64,000 nt of DNA from a virus (lineage: Duplodnaviria > Caudoviricetes), in IMG/VR virus record IMGVR_UViG_3300035661_000005, one strand, 5' to 3'. This document shows, piece by piece, positions 37,577 to 46,790 of the stretch. Made by a program: the position numbers and the translations under genes. Every line of letters begins with the position of its first letter. Position 1 is the stretch's first letter. Under the pieces are notes generated by a model. That model was given only the letters and a program-made list of their open reading frames with translations, did no database searches and had not been told where the DNA came from.

Positions 37577-38143
37577 ATGAAACTGACTAAGCAGATCGAC
37601 ATCGCGGAGGGGCTAGCGCGGGCATGGATGCCCAGCTTCCGCCAAGTCCCTCCAGGGCAGCCTCCACGTCCCGCCTGGGAGCATCCAGCGGACCTGGTGC
37701 GCCTCCTCTCCGAGCGACGGGGGGACTACTCCGAGGCGGAGCAGCTGATGGCCGTGGCGATGGCCTGGACGCACGACCTCATCGAGGACGGCGTCAAGCC
37801 CGATGGGTCCCGCGTCACGGCGGGCGACCTCCGGGCTCACCCTTTCGACGTCCGGATCATCCAGGGAGTCATCCAGCTGACGAACCCACACGGCGTCTCG
37901 AAGACCCGCTACTACGAGACGCTCAAGAACATTGACTACCTCGCGAAGCTCGTGAAGTGCGTAGACCACATCTGCAACCTCCGGGAAGGGAAGGACATCT
38001 TCGAGCCCGCCAGGTGGAAGCAGTACGTCGAGGAGACCCGCACGTACATCCGACCGCTGGCTCAGACGCTCCGGGACGAGACGCGGGACTGGCTCTGGCT
38101 GGAGATGGATCGGGCCATGGCAGCCCGCCCGGTGAACGCATGA
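37577..38143 (+). CDS. HD hydrolase, RelA/SpoT-hydrolase (Mesh1/SAH)-like
   Basis: WEHPADLV, AWTHDLIEDG, IQLT, VKCVDHICNL follow the HP..V / HDxxED / LT / KxxDxxxN pattern. Confidence 0.75.
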   Translation: MKLTKQIDIAEGLARAWMPSFRQVPPGQPPRPAWEHPADLVRLLSERRGDYSEAEQLMAVAMAWTHDLIEDGVKPDGSRVTAGDLRAHPFDVRIIQGVIQLTNPHGVSKTRYYETLKNIDYLAKLVKCVDHICNLREGKDIFEPARWKQYVEETRTYIRPLAQTLRDETRDWLWLEMDRAMAARPVNA

Positions 38144-39825
38144 GACGCGCAAGCATCATCCTCGGCATCCTGCTCCTCGGCCTGGGTGTGGCGATCCTGC
38201 CCCTCTACCTGAGGGCCAAGGTGCGCTCGAAGCTCCCGCAAGGGGTGACCGCCAGCGAGATCAGCCTCGGTGTCTCCGGGGTCACCCTCAAGGGGATCAC
38301 CGTCGACAAGGGCTGGATCAAAGGCGCCGTCGCCGAGATGTGGATCAGCCGGGACGAGCATACGATCCGCGTCACCGGGGGAGACCTGGTCGTCGACCTC
38401 GACAAGCGCCCCAAGGAGGGCGCGGAGGACGCCAAGAAGCGCGACGTGAAGGCTTCCGGGCTCAACGTCTATGTGAACCGGGGGAGGGGCTACGCCACCC
38501 TCAAGAACGTCACGTGGGACGGCGTACCCTACGTCTCCTTCGACTCGGCGGACTTCGGCTATGCGTACGGAACGACCCTCGTGAAGGGGACCGTGACCAA
38601 GGGATACGCGGGGAAGGAAGGCTCCTACATCGTCCGGGCGGACAAGGTGACGGCACACCTCGACGGGGATCTCCCCGGACCCGCGAAGAAGCTCGACATT
38701 CGAGACGTAGAGGTCGAGGGCCTGGACACGATCTACGGCGAGGACCAGTGGACCTTCAACGCGTCCAAGGTGACGGCGGGGCCGTTCGTAGCAACGACCA
38801 TCCGGGCCACGGATGACGACGTCGGCCTGAACGCGACCGTAGAGGGCGTCCGCCTGGACTTCCCGTGGCTCGACGTGAAGCCTGCGACGTTCCCGAAGGC
38901 CACCCTTTGGGCGAACCTCTGGCCGAAGCGCCCATTCGAGAAGCCGTCCGGGTTCGTCACGCTCTCCAAGGGGACGACCTCGGCCACGATCAACTTCAAC
39001 CTCGACGACCAGCGGCTCGAAGGGGCTGCCTCCTGCGCCGAATGGGCAAGCGTGCTTCCGGACACGACGCCGGACGTGCTCAAAAACCTCCGCTTCACGG
39101 GGGACCTGGCCTTCTCGGTGTCCGTGAAGCCCACGCCGCACTTCGGGCTCGACGCCCGATGTAAGGCCGTGTGCGCCAGCCTTCCGAACCTGCGGAGGCA
39201 GTTCACGTACACGGCGTATCGGGCCGATGGCACCCCCTTCCAGCGGCTCTCCGGACCGAACCTGACCGGGTGGCTCTATTATGACTTTGCGGGCCGGATG
39301 CCGATGGCGGTCATCAACATGGAGGACTCGGCGTTCCCCTACCACAAGGGCTACCTCACCGAGGCGTTCCAGAATTCCCTCGTCGACAATCTCGCGAAGG
39401 GCAAGTTTGCCCGCGGTGGTTCGACCATCACGCAGCAGACGGCCAAGAACCTCTGGCTTGGCCGCCAGAAGACCATTCTTCGGAAGGTCGACGAGCTGTT
39501 CCTCGCGCAAGCGCTCGAAAGCTGCCTGACGAAGGATCAGATCCTGGAGACCTACCTCAACATCGTCGAATTCGGCCCGGACATCTACGGGGTCCAGGAG
39601 GGTGCCCGGCATTGGTTCGGCAAGTCACCGGACGCCCTGGAGCCGAACGAGGCCTTCTGGCTCGCGAGCATCCTCCCGGCGCCGAAGCGGGCCACGGCAC
39701 CGACTGACGAGGATCTGAAGCGGGTCGGGCGGATCATGGCTTCCCTGGCGGCACAGGGGAAGATCCCGGACTTCGGCACGGATATCGACGTGTCGGACGT
39801 TCCCGAGTGGGAAGCCCCCCACTGA
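38140..39825 (+). CDS. membrane-anchored peptidoglycan glycosyltransferase (GT51, MtgA/PBP transglycosylase domain, no transpeptidase)
   Basis: N-terminal TM (ATG 38140); EDSAFPYH, RGGSTITQQTAKNL, RKVDE, KDQILETYLN, GVQEGARHWFGK motifs I-V. Confidence 0.9.
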   Translation: MRRASIILGILLLGLGVAILPLYLRAKVRSKLPQGVTASEISLGVSGVTLKGITVDKGWIKGAVAEMWISRDEHTIRVTGGDLVVDLDKRPKEGAEDAKKRDVKASGLNVYVNRGRGYATLKNVTWDGVPYVSFDSADFGYAYGTTLVKGTVTKGYAGKEGSYIVRADKVTAHLDGDLPGPAKKLDIRDVEVEGLDTIYGEDQWTFNASKVTAGPFVATTIRATDDDVGLNATVEGVRLDFPWLDVKPATFPKATLWANLWPKRPFEKPSGFVTLSKGTTSATINFNLDDQRLEGAASCAEWASVLPDTTPDVLKNLRFTGDLAFSVSVKPTPHFGLDARCKAVCASLPNLRRQFTYTAYRADGTPFQRLSGPNLTGWLYYDFAGRMPMAVINMEDSAFPYHKGYLTEAFQNSLVDNLAKGKFARGGSTITQQTAKNLWLGRQKTILRKVDELFLAQALESCLTKDQILETYLNIVEFGPDIYGVQEGARHWFGKSPDALEPNEAFWLASILPAPKRATAPTDEDLKRVGRIMASLAAQGKIPDFGTDIDVSDVPEWEAPH

Positions 39826-39840
39826 ACTAGTGGGGAAGTC

Positions 39841-40129
39841 ATGCCCACGGAACCGAAGCTCACAGACGAAGAGGCCCAGGCGATGTTGGCGCGGCTGCCA
39901 GCTCACGGGCTGGTTCCCCGAGCCAGAGGACGGCGGCAAGCCGCTTCCGGGCGTCCAGGCGGTCAGGCTCATGCCTGCTGGAGAGGGTGAGACGACCATG
40001 GTCCGGGACGTGGACGGGGCGCCGTACAAGCGCGATGGTTGGTTCGCAACTACGACCGCGAGACGACGTGCAGCGGAGCTTTGTCGAAAATCCGGCAGCG
40101 CAGCGAGATCAAGGACGGAGGCCACATGA
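39841..40129 (+). pseudogene. probable frameshifted small gene
   Basis: MPTEPKLTDEEAQAMLARL continues in another frame as QLTGWFPEPEDGGKPLPGV near 39898. Confidence 0.4.
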
Positions 40130-40476
40130 GCGAAGACTACGAATCGGACATCATCGTCACCGGGAGACACCTGCCATTCGTGCAGGTCGGCATGATCGTG
40201 CATCCAGACGACTGCCTGAACTGCGAACGAGACGGCAGTCCTCTGTGGTGCTCTGCGCTGGTCTGCGACATTCACGACGACGAGACTGCTGGGTCCGGCA
40301 TGACGGCGACGCTGCTCTTTCGCAACGGCGAACGCCGCGAGGAGCCGTGCATCGAGTTGCGGCGGATCTGGCGCCTGGCGCGCGATTTCGACCAGACCCG
40401 AGTCTACACCGGGCGATGGGGAGCTATCCCGCGGGGGTCGGTCTGGCCAGTGGCGGAAGTCAACGAGGACGCATGA
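40126..40476 (+). CDS. hypothetical protein
   Basis: GGAGG SD; MSEDYESDIIV... Confidence 0.55.
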   Translation: MSEDYESDIIVTGRHLPFVQVGMIVHPDDCLNCERDGSPLWCSALVCDIHDDETAGSGMTATLLFRNGERREEPCIELRRIWRLARDFDQTRVYTGRWGAIPRGSVWPVAEVNEDA

Positions 40477-40591
40477 GTTCAGGCGGGGCAGGCGGGGATC
40501 CCCGATCGAGATTTCGACTACGTGCTCAACAACGTGCCCACGTTTGGAAGATCTCCGAAGGCTCGCGCTGGTCTTGGTGTAAGAGGAAACC

Positions 40592-40804
40592 ATGGCGAAC
40601 GAACCGACTCAGGAAGTGGGGCCCAAGAAGCGGCGTGGTTTCGCGGCGATGTCTGCGGAGAAGCAGAGGGAGATCGCGAGTCGCGGCGGGAAGGCTGCCC
40701 ACGCGAAGGGCACGGCGCACGTGTTCGATTCCGAAGAGGCCAGGGAGGCCGGTCGGAAGGGCGGCGTGGCGGCGCAGAAGGCCCGAGCCTCCAAGCCTAC
40801 GTGA
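40592..40804 (+). CDS. KGG-repeat general stress protein
   Basis: RGFAAMSAEKQREIASRGG...FDSEEAREAGRKGG; GGTGTA 10 nt upstream. Confidence 0.9.
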   Translation: MANEPTQEVGPKKRRGFAAMSAEKQREIASRGGKAAHAKGTAHVFDSEEAREAGRKGGVAAQKARASKPT

Positions 40805-40829
40805 AGGCTTCTATCACAGCCGGGTAGGT

Positions 40830-41753
40830 ATGACCCTACTCGGCTGTGACGTCTCCAAATGGCAGGGCGTGGTCGACTACAAGGCCGTCGCGGCTGCCGG
40901 TGTGAAGTTTTGCTTCGCGAAGGCCGTCCACGGCACGACGCTCGACCCCCGGTTCGTCCTCAACTGGACGAACATGAACGGGGTGCTCTACCGCGGCGCG
41001 TACGGGTGGTACATCCCTGAGCAGGACGCCACGGAGCAGGCGGACGCCCTCGTGGACGCTATGCGGGATTTCTCGATGAACGACTTGCCCCCGGCGGTCG
41101 ACTTCGAGCAGCCGACCAAGGTCCCCGCAGCGACGCTCCTGGCCAACATCACGACCTACGTGAAGCGGCTGCGTGAGCGAACGGGCCGCAAGCCCTTGCT
41201 TTATACGGGCAAGTGGTACTGGGCGGAATACGTCAAGGACTCCGACTGCCCGGAGCTGATCCAGCTCTGCGACCTGTGGCACGCGGAGTATCCGAACACG
41301 GGCCGGACGGGGGTCGACTACGAGGGTGCTCTGAGCGCCCTGGGGTCTCCGCACCCGCCGTCGCCATGGGCCAAGCGGGGCATCGCGCCGAGGCTCTGGC
41401 AGTTCGACGGGGACAAGGGGCTGACCCTCCCCGGAGGCCAGGACGCCGACTTCAACCGCTTCGACGGGAGCGACGAGGAGTTCGCCGCGTGGAATGCAGC
41501 CTCGATCCTCGTGGAGGGTTCGGCGACCGTCATCGTGGCGCCCCCGTTCAATTCGATCCGCGAGGTCCAGATCGAGCTGCTTGCCCTCGGCTACGACCTG
41601 GGCATCTCGGGCGCGGACAACCTGATCGGGCCGAAGACCACGACGGCGATCAAGGCGTTCCAGACGGCCGCAGGGCTGACCTCGACCGGCATCGTGGGAC
41701 CGGATACGAGGGCAGCCCTGCAGGCAGCGTGGCTACGGCAGAACGGGGGCTAG
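40830..41753 (+). CDS. endolysin: GH25 muramidase plus C-terminal peptidoglycan-binding domain
   Basis: GCDVSKWQG, AKAVHG, RGAY, PAVDFE, LYTG, LWQF, DADFN; tail VQIELLALGY...GPKTTTAIKAFQ..GL..TGIVGPDT. Confidence 0.92.
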   Translation: MTLLGCDVSKWQGVVDYKAVAAAGVKFCFAKAVHGTTLDPRFVLNWTNMNGVLYRGAYGWYIPEQDATEQADALVDAMRDFSMNDLPPAVDFEQPTKVPAATLLANITTYVKRLRERTGRKPLLYTGKWYWAEYVKDSDCPELIQLCDLWHAEYPNTGRTGVDYEGALSALGSPHPPSPWAKRGIAPRLWQFDGDKGLTLPGGQDADFNRFDGSDEEFAAWNAASILVEGSATVIVAPPFNSIREVQIELLALGYDLGISGADNLIGPKTTTAIKAFQTAAGLTSTGIVGPDTRAALQAAWLRQNGG

Positions 41754-42109
41754 GAGGCCTTCTTGGGCTCCGCGGCGGGTTCCGGAGCCACCACGGAGGC
41801 GACAGCAGGCTCGGGGGCAGGCTCCGGAGCCTTCTCGGGTTCCGGAGTGGCTGCCTTGGCCTTCTTCCCGCTCTTGGACTCCGGGGCCTTGACCAGCTCG
41901 GGGAGCTTCTCCGGGGCCTTGGGGGCCAGGGTCGGCTTGCCGGCGTTCGCGATCAGGTGGAGCACATGTTCCGGCGAATTCGCCGCCACGCCGTCCGGAG
42001 GCGCACCCCCACCGAGCTGCTTCACGTAGTCCTCTGCGTAGGCCAGCGAGAAGCCGTGGGTCTGGGCTGCTAGGACGCGCTTCCTAAGTGCTTCGAGGTC
42101 GAGATCCAT
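41750..42109 (-). CDS. hypothetical protein with P/A/E/K-rich tail
   Basis: 119 aa. Confidence 0.65.
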   Translation of the reverse strand: MDLDLEALRKRVLAAQTHGFSLAYAEDYVKQLGGGAPPDGVAANSPEHVLHLIANAGKPTLAPKAPEKLPELVKAPESKSGKKAKAATPEPEKAPEPAPEPAVASVVAPEPAAEPKKAS

Positions 42110-42161
42110 GCTTTCACCGGGGTTGAGGGGTTCTACTCACCTCGGGGGCATAAGAGGAAAC

Positions 42162-42863
42162 CTACTTCTTCACGGCGAGCACAGGGCTCTGCGGCGCGGT
42201 CACGACGACCGGAACCGGGGTGGGCGGGAAGAGGGTCGCGTAGATCGTGTCATCGAACGTGGGCTTGTTGTTCGAGTACCACTTCACCGCGAAGTTCATC
42301 CGGTTGGCCGAGGCATTACCCCCGCCGTCGCAGTTCCCGCTCGTGTAGACCCGGAGCCAGTCCTTCTGAGAGAGGCCCTTGGCCGAGCAGGTCGCGATCG
42401 ACCAGCGGAGGAGACGGACACCGGCCCGGATGCACTTCTTCCGATCTGCGTAGATCTCCTGGGCGTTCCAGCCATCGACCACGTCGGCCTTCGGGTCCGA
42501 GTCGTACGCCGGACGATCGAGGACCGTGTTCCAGCGGGACGTGCGACCGCCGCCGATGTTGAGCTGCATGAGGCAGACGGAGTTGCCGTTGTCGCCCCTC
42601 GACGCCGGGCCTTTGCCCAGATCGATGTCCTTACGGAAACCAGCCTCGAAGTGCATGATGCTCTGGACGAGGATCATCGACTTCAGCTTGCCGTCGCTCC
42701 CGTTGAACATCGACTTCTCGGTCTTGAAGACCTCGACGATGTCGTCCGCGATCGACTCGTAGCGCGCCTCGGCTTCGGGCCTCGTCTCCGGCATGAAGGA
42801 CGGCCGACCGGGGGGCGCGTAGGTGACCATGAACGACATGAGCCAGGTGGTGAGCGCATTCAC
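42162..42863 (-). CDS. lysozyme-fold / lytic transglycosylase-like protein
   Basis: IMHFEAGFR (catalytic E candidate)...GNSVCLMQLN...WLRVYTSG resembles SLT motifs. Confidence 0.55.
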   Translation of the reverse strand: MNALTTWLMSFMVTYAPPGRPSFMPETRPEAEARYESIADDIVEVFKTEKSMFNGSDGKLKSMILVQSIMHFEAGFRKDIDLGKGPASRGDNGNSVCLMQLNIGGGRTSRWNTVLDRPAYDSDPKADVVDGWNAQEIYADRKKCIRAGVRLLRWSIATCSAKGLSQKDWLRVYTSGNCDGGGNASANRMNFAVKWYSNNKPTFDDTIYATLFPPTPVPVVVTAPQSPVLAVKK

Positions 42864-42998
42864 GTTGAAAACCTCCGAGATGACGATTCCAAGCTAAGGG
42901 GTCGATGTAAGTATGAGGCCGAACAATAGTCGGCCTCTTGAGAATGGCAACCCAAGACTACAATCTGAATCCGCCGATCTAGAATCTGAGGTGCGTCT

Positions 42999-43523
42999 CT
43001 ACGGACACACTTCCTGGAAGGACCAGATTCTGAGATCGCTCGTGAGCGCGGCTTTTTCTTCGCCCGTCGGTGCCCTTGGCACGGAAAGCTCCGACCCCGT
43101 GATGATCAGAGTGTTCCTCTTGTGCGGCATGTGAACGAGCAACTCACGGTGAGTCATGACGTGAAAGAGCGCTGCGGATCCGCAGGCCGTGCCATCCGTG
43201 TTGCACCCGAGGTAGATCAGCGTCTTGGCCGCTCGCGCGTGGTTTATCACCGCGAGGTCCGGAACGTTGACAGGCCACGAGAGGAAGAGGGTGTCGACCC
43301 CGAGCGGGATGTCTCGGAAGTACCCGCGTTGGAAGGTCAACCCCGGGATGGGTGGAGGACGCCCCCAGTCCTCCTTGTCGATCGCGAGGACGCTCTTGGC
43401 GCCCAGGGCCATCAGCTGAACGGACAGAGAGAAGTCCCCGCACCCGAAGTCATGGGCGTCCCTGCCCTCGATGTAGGGGCGGAGTGCTTTGAGCTGCTCG
43501 GGGAAGAGGTGGCCGTAGGGCAT
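42999..43523 (-). CDS. class I SAM-dependent methyltransferase-like protein
   Basis: HDFGCGD motif I, VLAIDKE, LFLSWP; start MPYGHL at 43523. Confidence 0.7.
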   Translation of the reverse strand: MPYGHLFPEQLKALRPYIEGRDAHDFGCGDFSLSVQLMALGAKSVLAIDKEDWGRPPPIPGLTFQRGYFRDIPLGVDTLFLSWPVNVPDLAVINHARAAKTLIYLGCNTDGTACGSAALFHVMTHRELLVHMPHKRNTLIITGSELSVPRAPTGEEKAALTSDLRIWSFQEVCP

Positions 43524-43687
43524 CAGCAGTCGACGCCAGCCTTGCGCACGGGCTCCGGCTGGTAGAAATCGGCGAGCTGGTCGACGGTCTGGCTCAGGAG
43601 CCATTCGCGGATGGCACGGAGCAGCTGATCGGCGAATTCGATGGCCAGCCCATCCAGGGCGTTCTTCAGACTCTGCTTCTTCGGCAT
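43523..43687 (-). CDS. small hypothetical protein (54 aa)
   Basis: ATG 10 nt after GGTGTA; MPKKQSLKNALDGLAIEFADQLL... Confidence 0.6.
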   Translation of the reverse strand: MPKKQSLKNALDGLAIEFADQLLRAIREWLLSQTVDQLADFYQPEPVRKAGVDC

Positions 43688-43715
43688 GCGCATCGCTTAC
43701 ACCGAAGGGACGGCT

Positions 43716-44291
43716 CTAGGCCACGCCATCACACGCTCGAACCAGGAAGATCATCGCAACGATGATCACAATCGCGATGAAGCCCGTCCGGAGCATGAGG
43801 ATCTGAATCGACTGGCTCACGGGAGGACTCGCACGCGGCTCTTCGAGGGGATACTCGGGAGCACCTTGAGGGGGGATTGGGTGCCGCTTGTGGATCGCGA
43901 CTTCGTATTCGACCACCTTGTCGTGGCGGCGCTTGTCGAAGATGCACACCTGCCCGAGGGCGATCTCGTTCGGCTTCGGCCATACGAGGGGGTGGCCCAA
44001 CGGCGAAAGCCTGCCGTGGAGGGCGAGCGTCTCCTCATCGAAGGCGCGCTCAACCTTGGGTCGGTAGTCCAGCAGCCGCTCCGCGAATGCCTGCGCCGCT
44101 TCGAGCGTCGGAAATTGGATGGGTCGCCCGGTCAGGCTGACCTGACTCGACGCATCCCATGCGTCGAGTTGGAACAGATCCGGCGCCTTCTCCGTGATCA
44201 CGCAGCTGGCTTCGTCCGTCCGAGCGTATAGCGTCCGTACGGGGTCCTTTTGCCTCTTGGGGGCGACGCTGCGCAGCGACCATGTGAGCAT
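43716..44291 (-). CDS. hypothetical protein with C-terminal TM helix
   Basis: GFIAIVIIVAMIFLV; class B motif upstream. Confidence 0.65.
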   Translation of the reverse strand: MLTWSLRSVAPKRQKDPVRTLYARTDEASCVITEKAPDLFQLDAWDASSQVSLTGRPIQFPTLEAAQAFAERLLDYRPKVERAFDEETLALHGRLSPLGHPLVWPKPNEIALGQVCIFDKRRHDKVVEYEVAIHKRHPIPPQGAPEYPLEEPRASPPVSQSIQILMLRTGFIAIVIIVAMIFLVRACDGVA

Positions 44292-44301
44292 CCTCACCTC
44301 T

Positions 44302-44451
44302 CTACACCGCGGCTTCGAGATCCGCGACCTCGAAAGGCACATCTCCGTTCTCGTCGATGATCCGCTGGGCGTTCGCGATCCATTTGAGACGCTGGGAGAT
44401 GTCGTGTTCGCTGCGTTCGATGTCCGCTTGAGCGATCTTGCGAAATCTCAC
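44302..44451 (-). CDS. small hypothetical protein (49 aa)
   Basis: GTG start; MRFRKIAQADIERSEHDISQRLKWIANAQRII. Confidence 0.4.
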   Translation of the reverse strand: MRFRKIAQADIERSEHDISQRLKWIANAQRIIDENGDVPFEVADLEAAV

Positions 44452-44462
44452 CTGCTTACCGC

Positions 44463-45329
44463 TCAGGGCTTGACGCAGTAAGTCCAGCAATAGAGCCCGC
44501 TGCCGGGGTTCGCCTCCCACTTGCCCGTCGCGAGGTTCAGCTGCCACCACTTGCCGAACGAGTCCGTCGAGACGGAGTTGATGCAGTCGGCCGGGCCAGG
44601 CGTCAGGGCCGGGTACTCGAAGGTCGATCCGAGCGCCCACCCGCATGTGTTCGGCAGACCCGACATCGTGTCGTAGTGGTAGGGCAAGAGGCTGTCGATC
44701 TGAGCCTTCGTCGCCGGCTGCCACCCCGACCCGACCCAGCTCGTACACATCGCCGCCGCGTTGCTGGCCGGCTTGGTCATCGGACTGAGGGCCGGCTTGG
44801 CCGTCCAGTTGATGCCGAGCTTGGCGTCGTGGATGGCCGCGATGGCGGTGGAGGGACCGCTCGGGTTCGGGATGGTCACCGACGAGAACCTGGTCGGTGC
44901 CGTACAGGCGCAGGTCAGGGTGCCGCTGGTGGCGTTGCAGGAGAGCCCACAGGGGTCGGCCACGGCATCCCAGGCAGAGCCCGTCGTGTTGCACTTCTCC
45001 GGGACGAGTCCGTTGCAGCGGACCTCACCCGCCATGCAGGCCGGAGGCGGCTCCGTGTCGACCGTCCCGGTGTCTTTGGCGTCCGGGTCGCTGGTGTCCA
45101 GAAGGCCCGTGTCGGGCGTCTGCGTGTCCGGTTGCTGGGTGTCCGTCCCCGAATCGGCCTGGGGGGCCGTGTCGGTGGAGGTGTCGGTGGAGCCGTCGCT
45201 GGTCTCCGCGGGGCTATCGCTGGTCTCCGCGGGGTCGGCGTCGTTGGGGTTTTGCTGGGGGAACTCGAAGTTGGCGCCGGAGCACCCGACCATCAGGACG
45301 GTCAGCAGGGGGAGGCTGGAGTACTTCAT
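44463..45329 (-). CDS. lipoprotein with D/T-rich linker, Cys-rich module and DUF1566-like C-terminus
   Basis: Lipobox LMVGC; DT-rich linker; CMAGEVRC...; HDAKLGINW...AAAMC...WQPATKAQIDSL. Confidence 0.7.
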   Translation of the reverse strand: MKYSSLPLLTVLMVGCSGANFEFPQQNPNDADPAETSDSPAETSDGSTDTSTDTAPQADSGTDTQQPDTQTPDTGLLDTSDPDAKDTGTVDTEPPPACMAGEVRCNGLVPEKCNTTGSAWDAVADPCGLSCNATSGTLTCACTAPTRFSSVTIPNPSGPSTAIAAIHDAKLGINWTAKPALSPMTKPASNAAAMCTSWVGSGWQPATKAQIDSLLPYHYDTMSGLPNTCGWALGSTFEYPALTPGPADCINSVSTDSFGKWWQLNLATGKWEANPGSGLYCWTYCVKP

Positions 45330-45335
45330 GGCCTC

Positions 45336-45363
45336 CTTACAAGGTCAGAGTATGTCCGATCAA
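45336..45363 (-). promoter_or_regulatory. class A promoter-like motif
   Basis: TTGATC-N16-TGTAAG, ATG 8 nt after TGTA. Confidence 0.75.
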
Positions 45364-45533
45364 CCTGAAAATGTCCGCCTGCTTCTCCGCTGGCTGGTGT
45401 AGTGCCCTTTCAACCCGGCTGAAGGCCCTCGACCGGGTGTCGCAGGTAAGGAGGCAGCAACCCTCCGGGCTCGCTTCGCAAGCGTGGAGCTTCCCACCAG
45501 TGAGAAACCTAGGGGCACCATGTAGGTAAGATA

Positions 45534-46526
45534 ATGTCGAATGTGGTCACCAGTTGGGACGAGTCCGTGGACAGCACCGCCGGTCTACACACGCGGGCGA
45601 CCCAGATCATGCTCCGCGCCTTCGCGGAGGAGTGCGGCCCCGAGGCGACCGCTCGGGTCTGGAACAAGGTCCTCATCGAGTCGGCGAGGGAGGCGGCCCA
45701 GGCGGCGACGCCCTCGGCTCGCAAGCGGCTCCTGAACAACGACACCCGGGCTCGCGGGGCGCTCCGGACGGCGATCCCCGAGATGTGGGGCAGCTTCGAG
45801 ATCGTCGATGGCGGGTGCCTCAAGGCCAAGGCCGCCCTGAGCAGCAAGGTGGCCGATCCGCCGAAGCCCACGGCGCCGAAGCTCACGCCGATGGAACAGA
45901 GCCTCCTCCTGGCCGCGGTCAAGGCGGGTGGCTTCACCTCCGACGCGGTCAATACGGTCAGCCTCGACGCCAACGACGCCGACCTCCTCCGCAAGGCGGC
46001 CGAGGAGTCCGAACAGGAGGCCCGGCACGACGCGGACTTCACCCGGTCGATGTGCCGCAAGGCGGACGAGATGCTCGCCGAGTACAGCAAGCTCGTCGGC
46101 GACGCCCTCTGGTCCAAGCCGATCATCGTCGAGACCGTCACCGGCCCGGACAACAAGGTCCGCCGGATCATCTTCGTCCGCTCGGCGACGGCGCCGCTGT
46201 TCCGGACGCACGGCCCGATCGTCAAGCACGACTTCCGCGCCAACGGTAAGCCGGTCAACATCAACCACGAGAGCGCCTACCCGCAGCTCGACGGCCTCAA
46301 GCTGATCCGGTCGAGCGTCCACGTGAAGAAGACCCATGAGTACTACGTGAAAGGTCTCAAGTACCAGGACGGCATGTACTTCAAGGGCTACTTCGTGGTC
46401 GACGGCCAGGAGATGGAGCATCTCGCCCGTTACTACCAGGTCCGGGGCAACATGGTCTTCGCGATCACCCAGCAGGAGTACCAGGATCTGGTGAACCGCG
46501 TGGCCGGGGGCTACGACAAGACCTGA
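45534..46526 (+). CDS. hypothetical protein (start uncertain)
   Basis: 330 aa, strong codon bias. Confidence 0.75.
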   Translation: MSNVVTSWDESVDSTAGLHTRATQIMLRAFAEECGPEATARVWNKVLIESAREAAQAATPSARKRLLNNDTRARGALRTAIPEMWGSFEIVDGGCLKAKAALSSKVADPPKPTAPKLTPMEQSLLLAAVKAGGFTSDAVNTVSLDANDADLLRKAAEESEQEARHDADFTRSMCRKADEMLAEYSKLVGDALWSKPIIVETVTGPDNKVRRIIFVRSATAPLFRTHGPIVKHDFRANGKPVNINHESAYPQLDGLKLIRSSVHVKKTHEYYVKGLKYQDGMYFKGYFVVDGQEMEHLARYYQVRGNMVFAITQQEYQDLVNRVAGGYDKT

Positions 46527-46545
46527 TCCGGTGTACTGGGTCGAG

Positions 46546-46650
46546 GTGAACACCCTCGACCATCAGCTCGTTCGAGCTACCCGCAAACAGAAGCGGAAGC
46601 CTGCGGACACGTGGGAACGCCTCCTGGCTGACGACCTGGGGAGCCTGTAA
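46546..46650 (+). CDS. 34-aa micro-protein carrying the TWERLLADD motif
   Basis: GTG exactly 10 nt after GGTGTA; MNTLDHQLVRATRKQKRKPADTWERLLADDLGSL; absent from the ORF track. Confidence 0.7.
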   Translation: MNTLDHQLVRATRKQKRKPADTWERLLADDLGSL

Positions 46651-46790
46651 GACGCCCCCGTGCGGGCAGAAGTACCGGACGGCCCGGTGCCATTCATCCG
46701 GGAGGGCCGGATCGAATTCCTGGACGACTCTGAGCACAAGCTAGCGGATCAGACGGTCGATCTGCCCGAGGTCGGTGTAGAATCGAGGGC

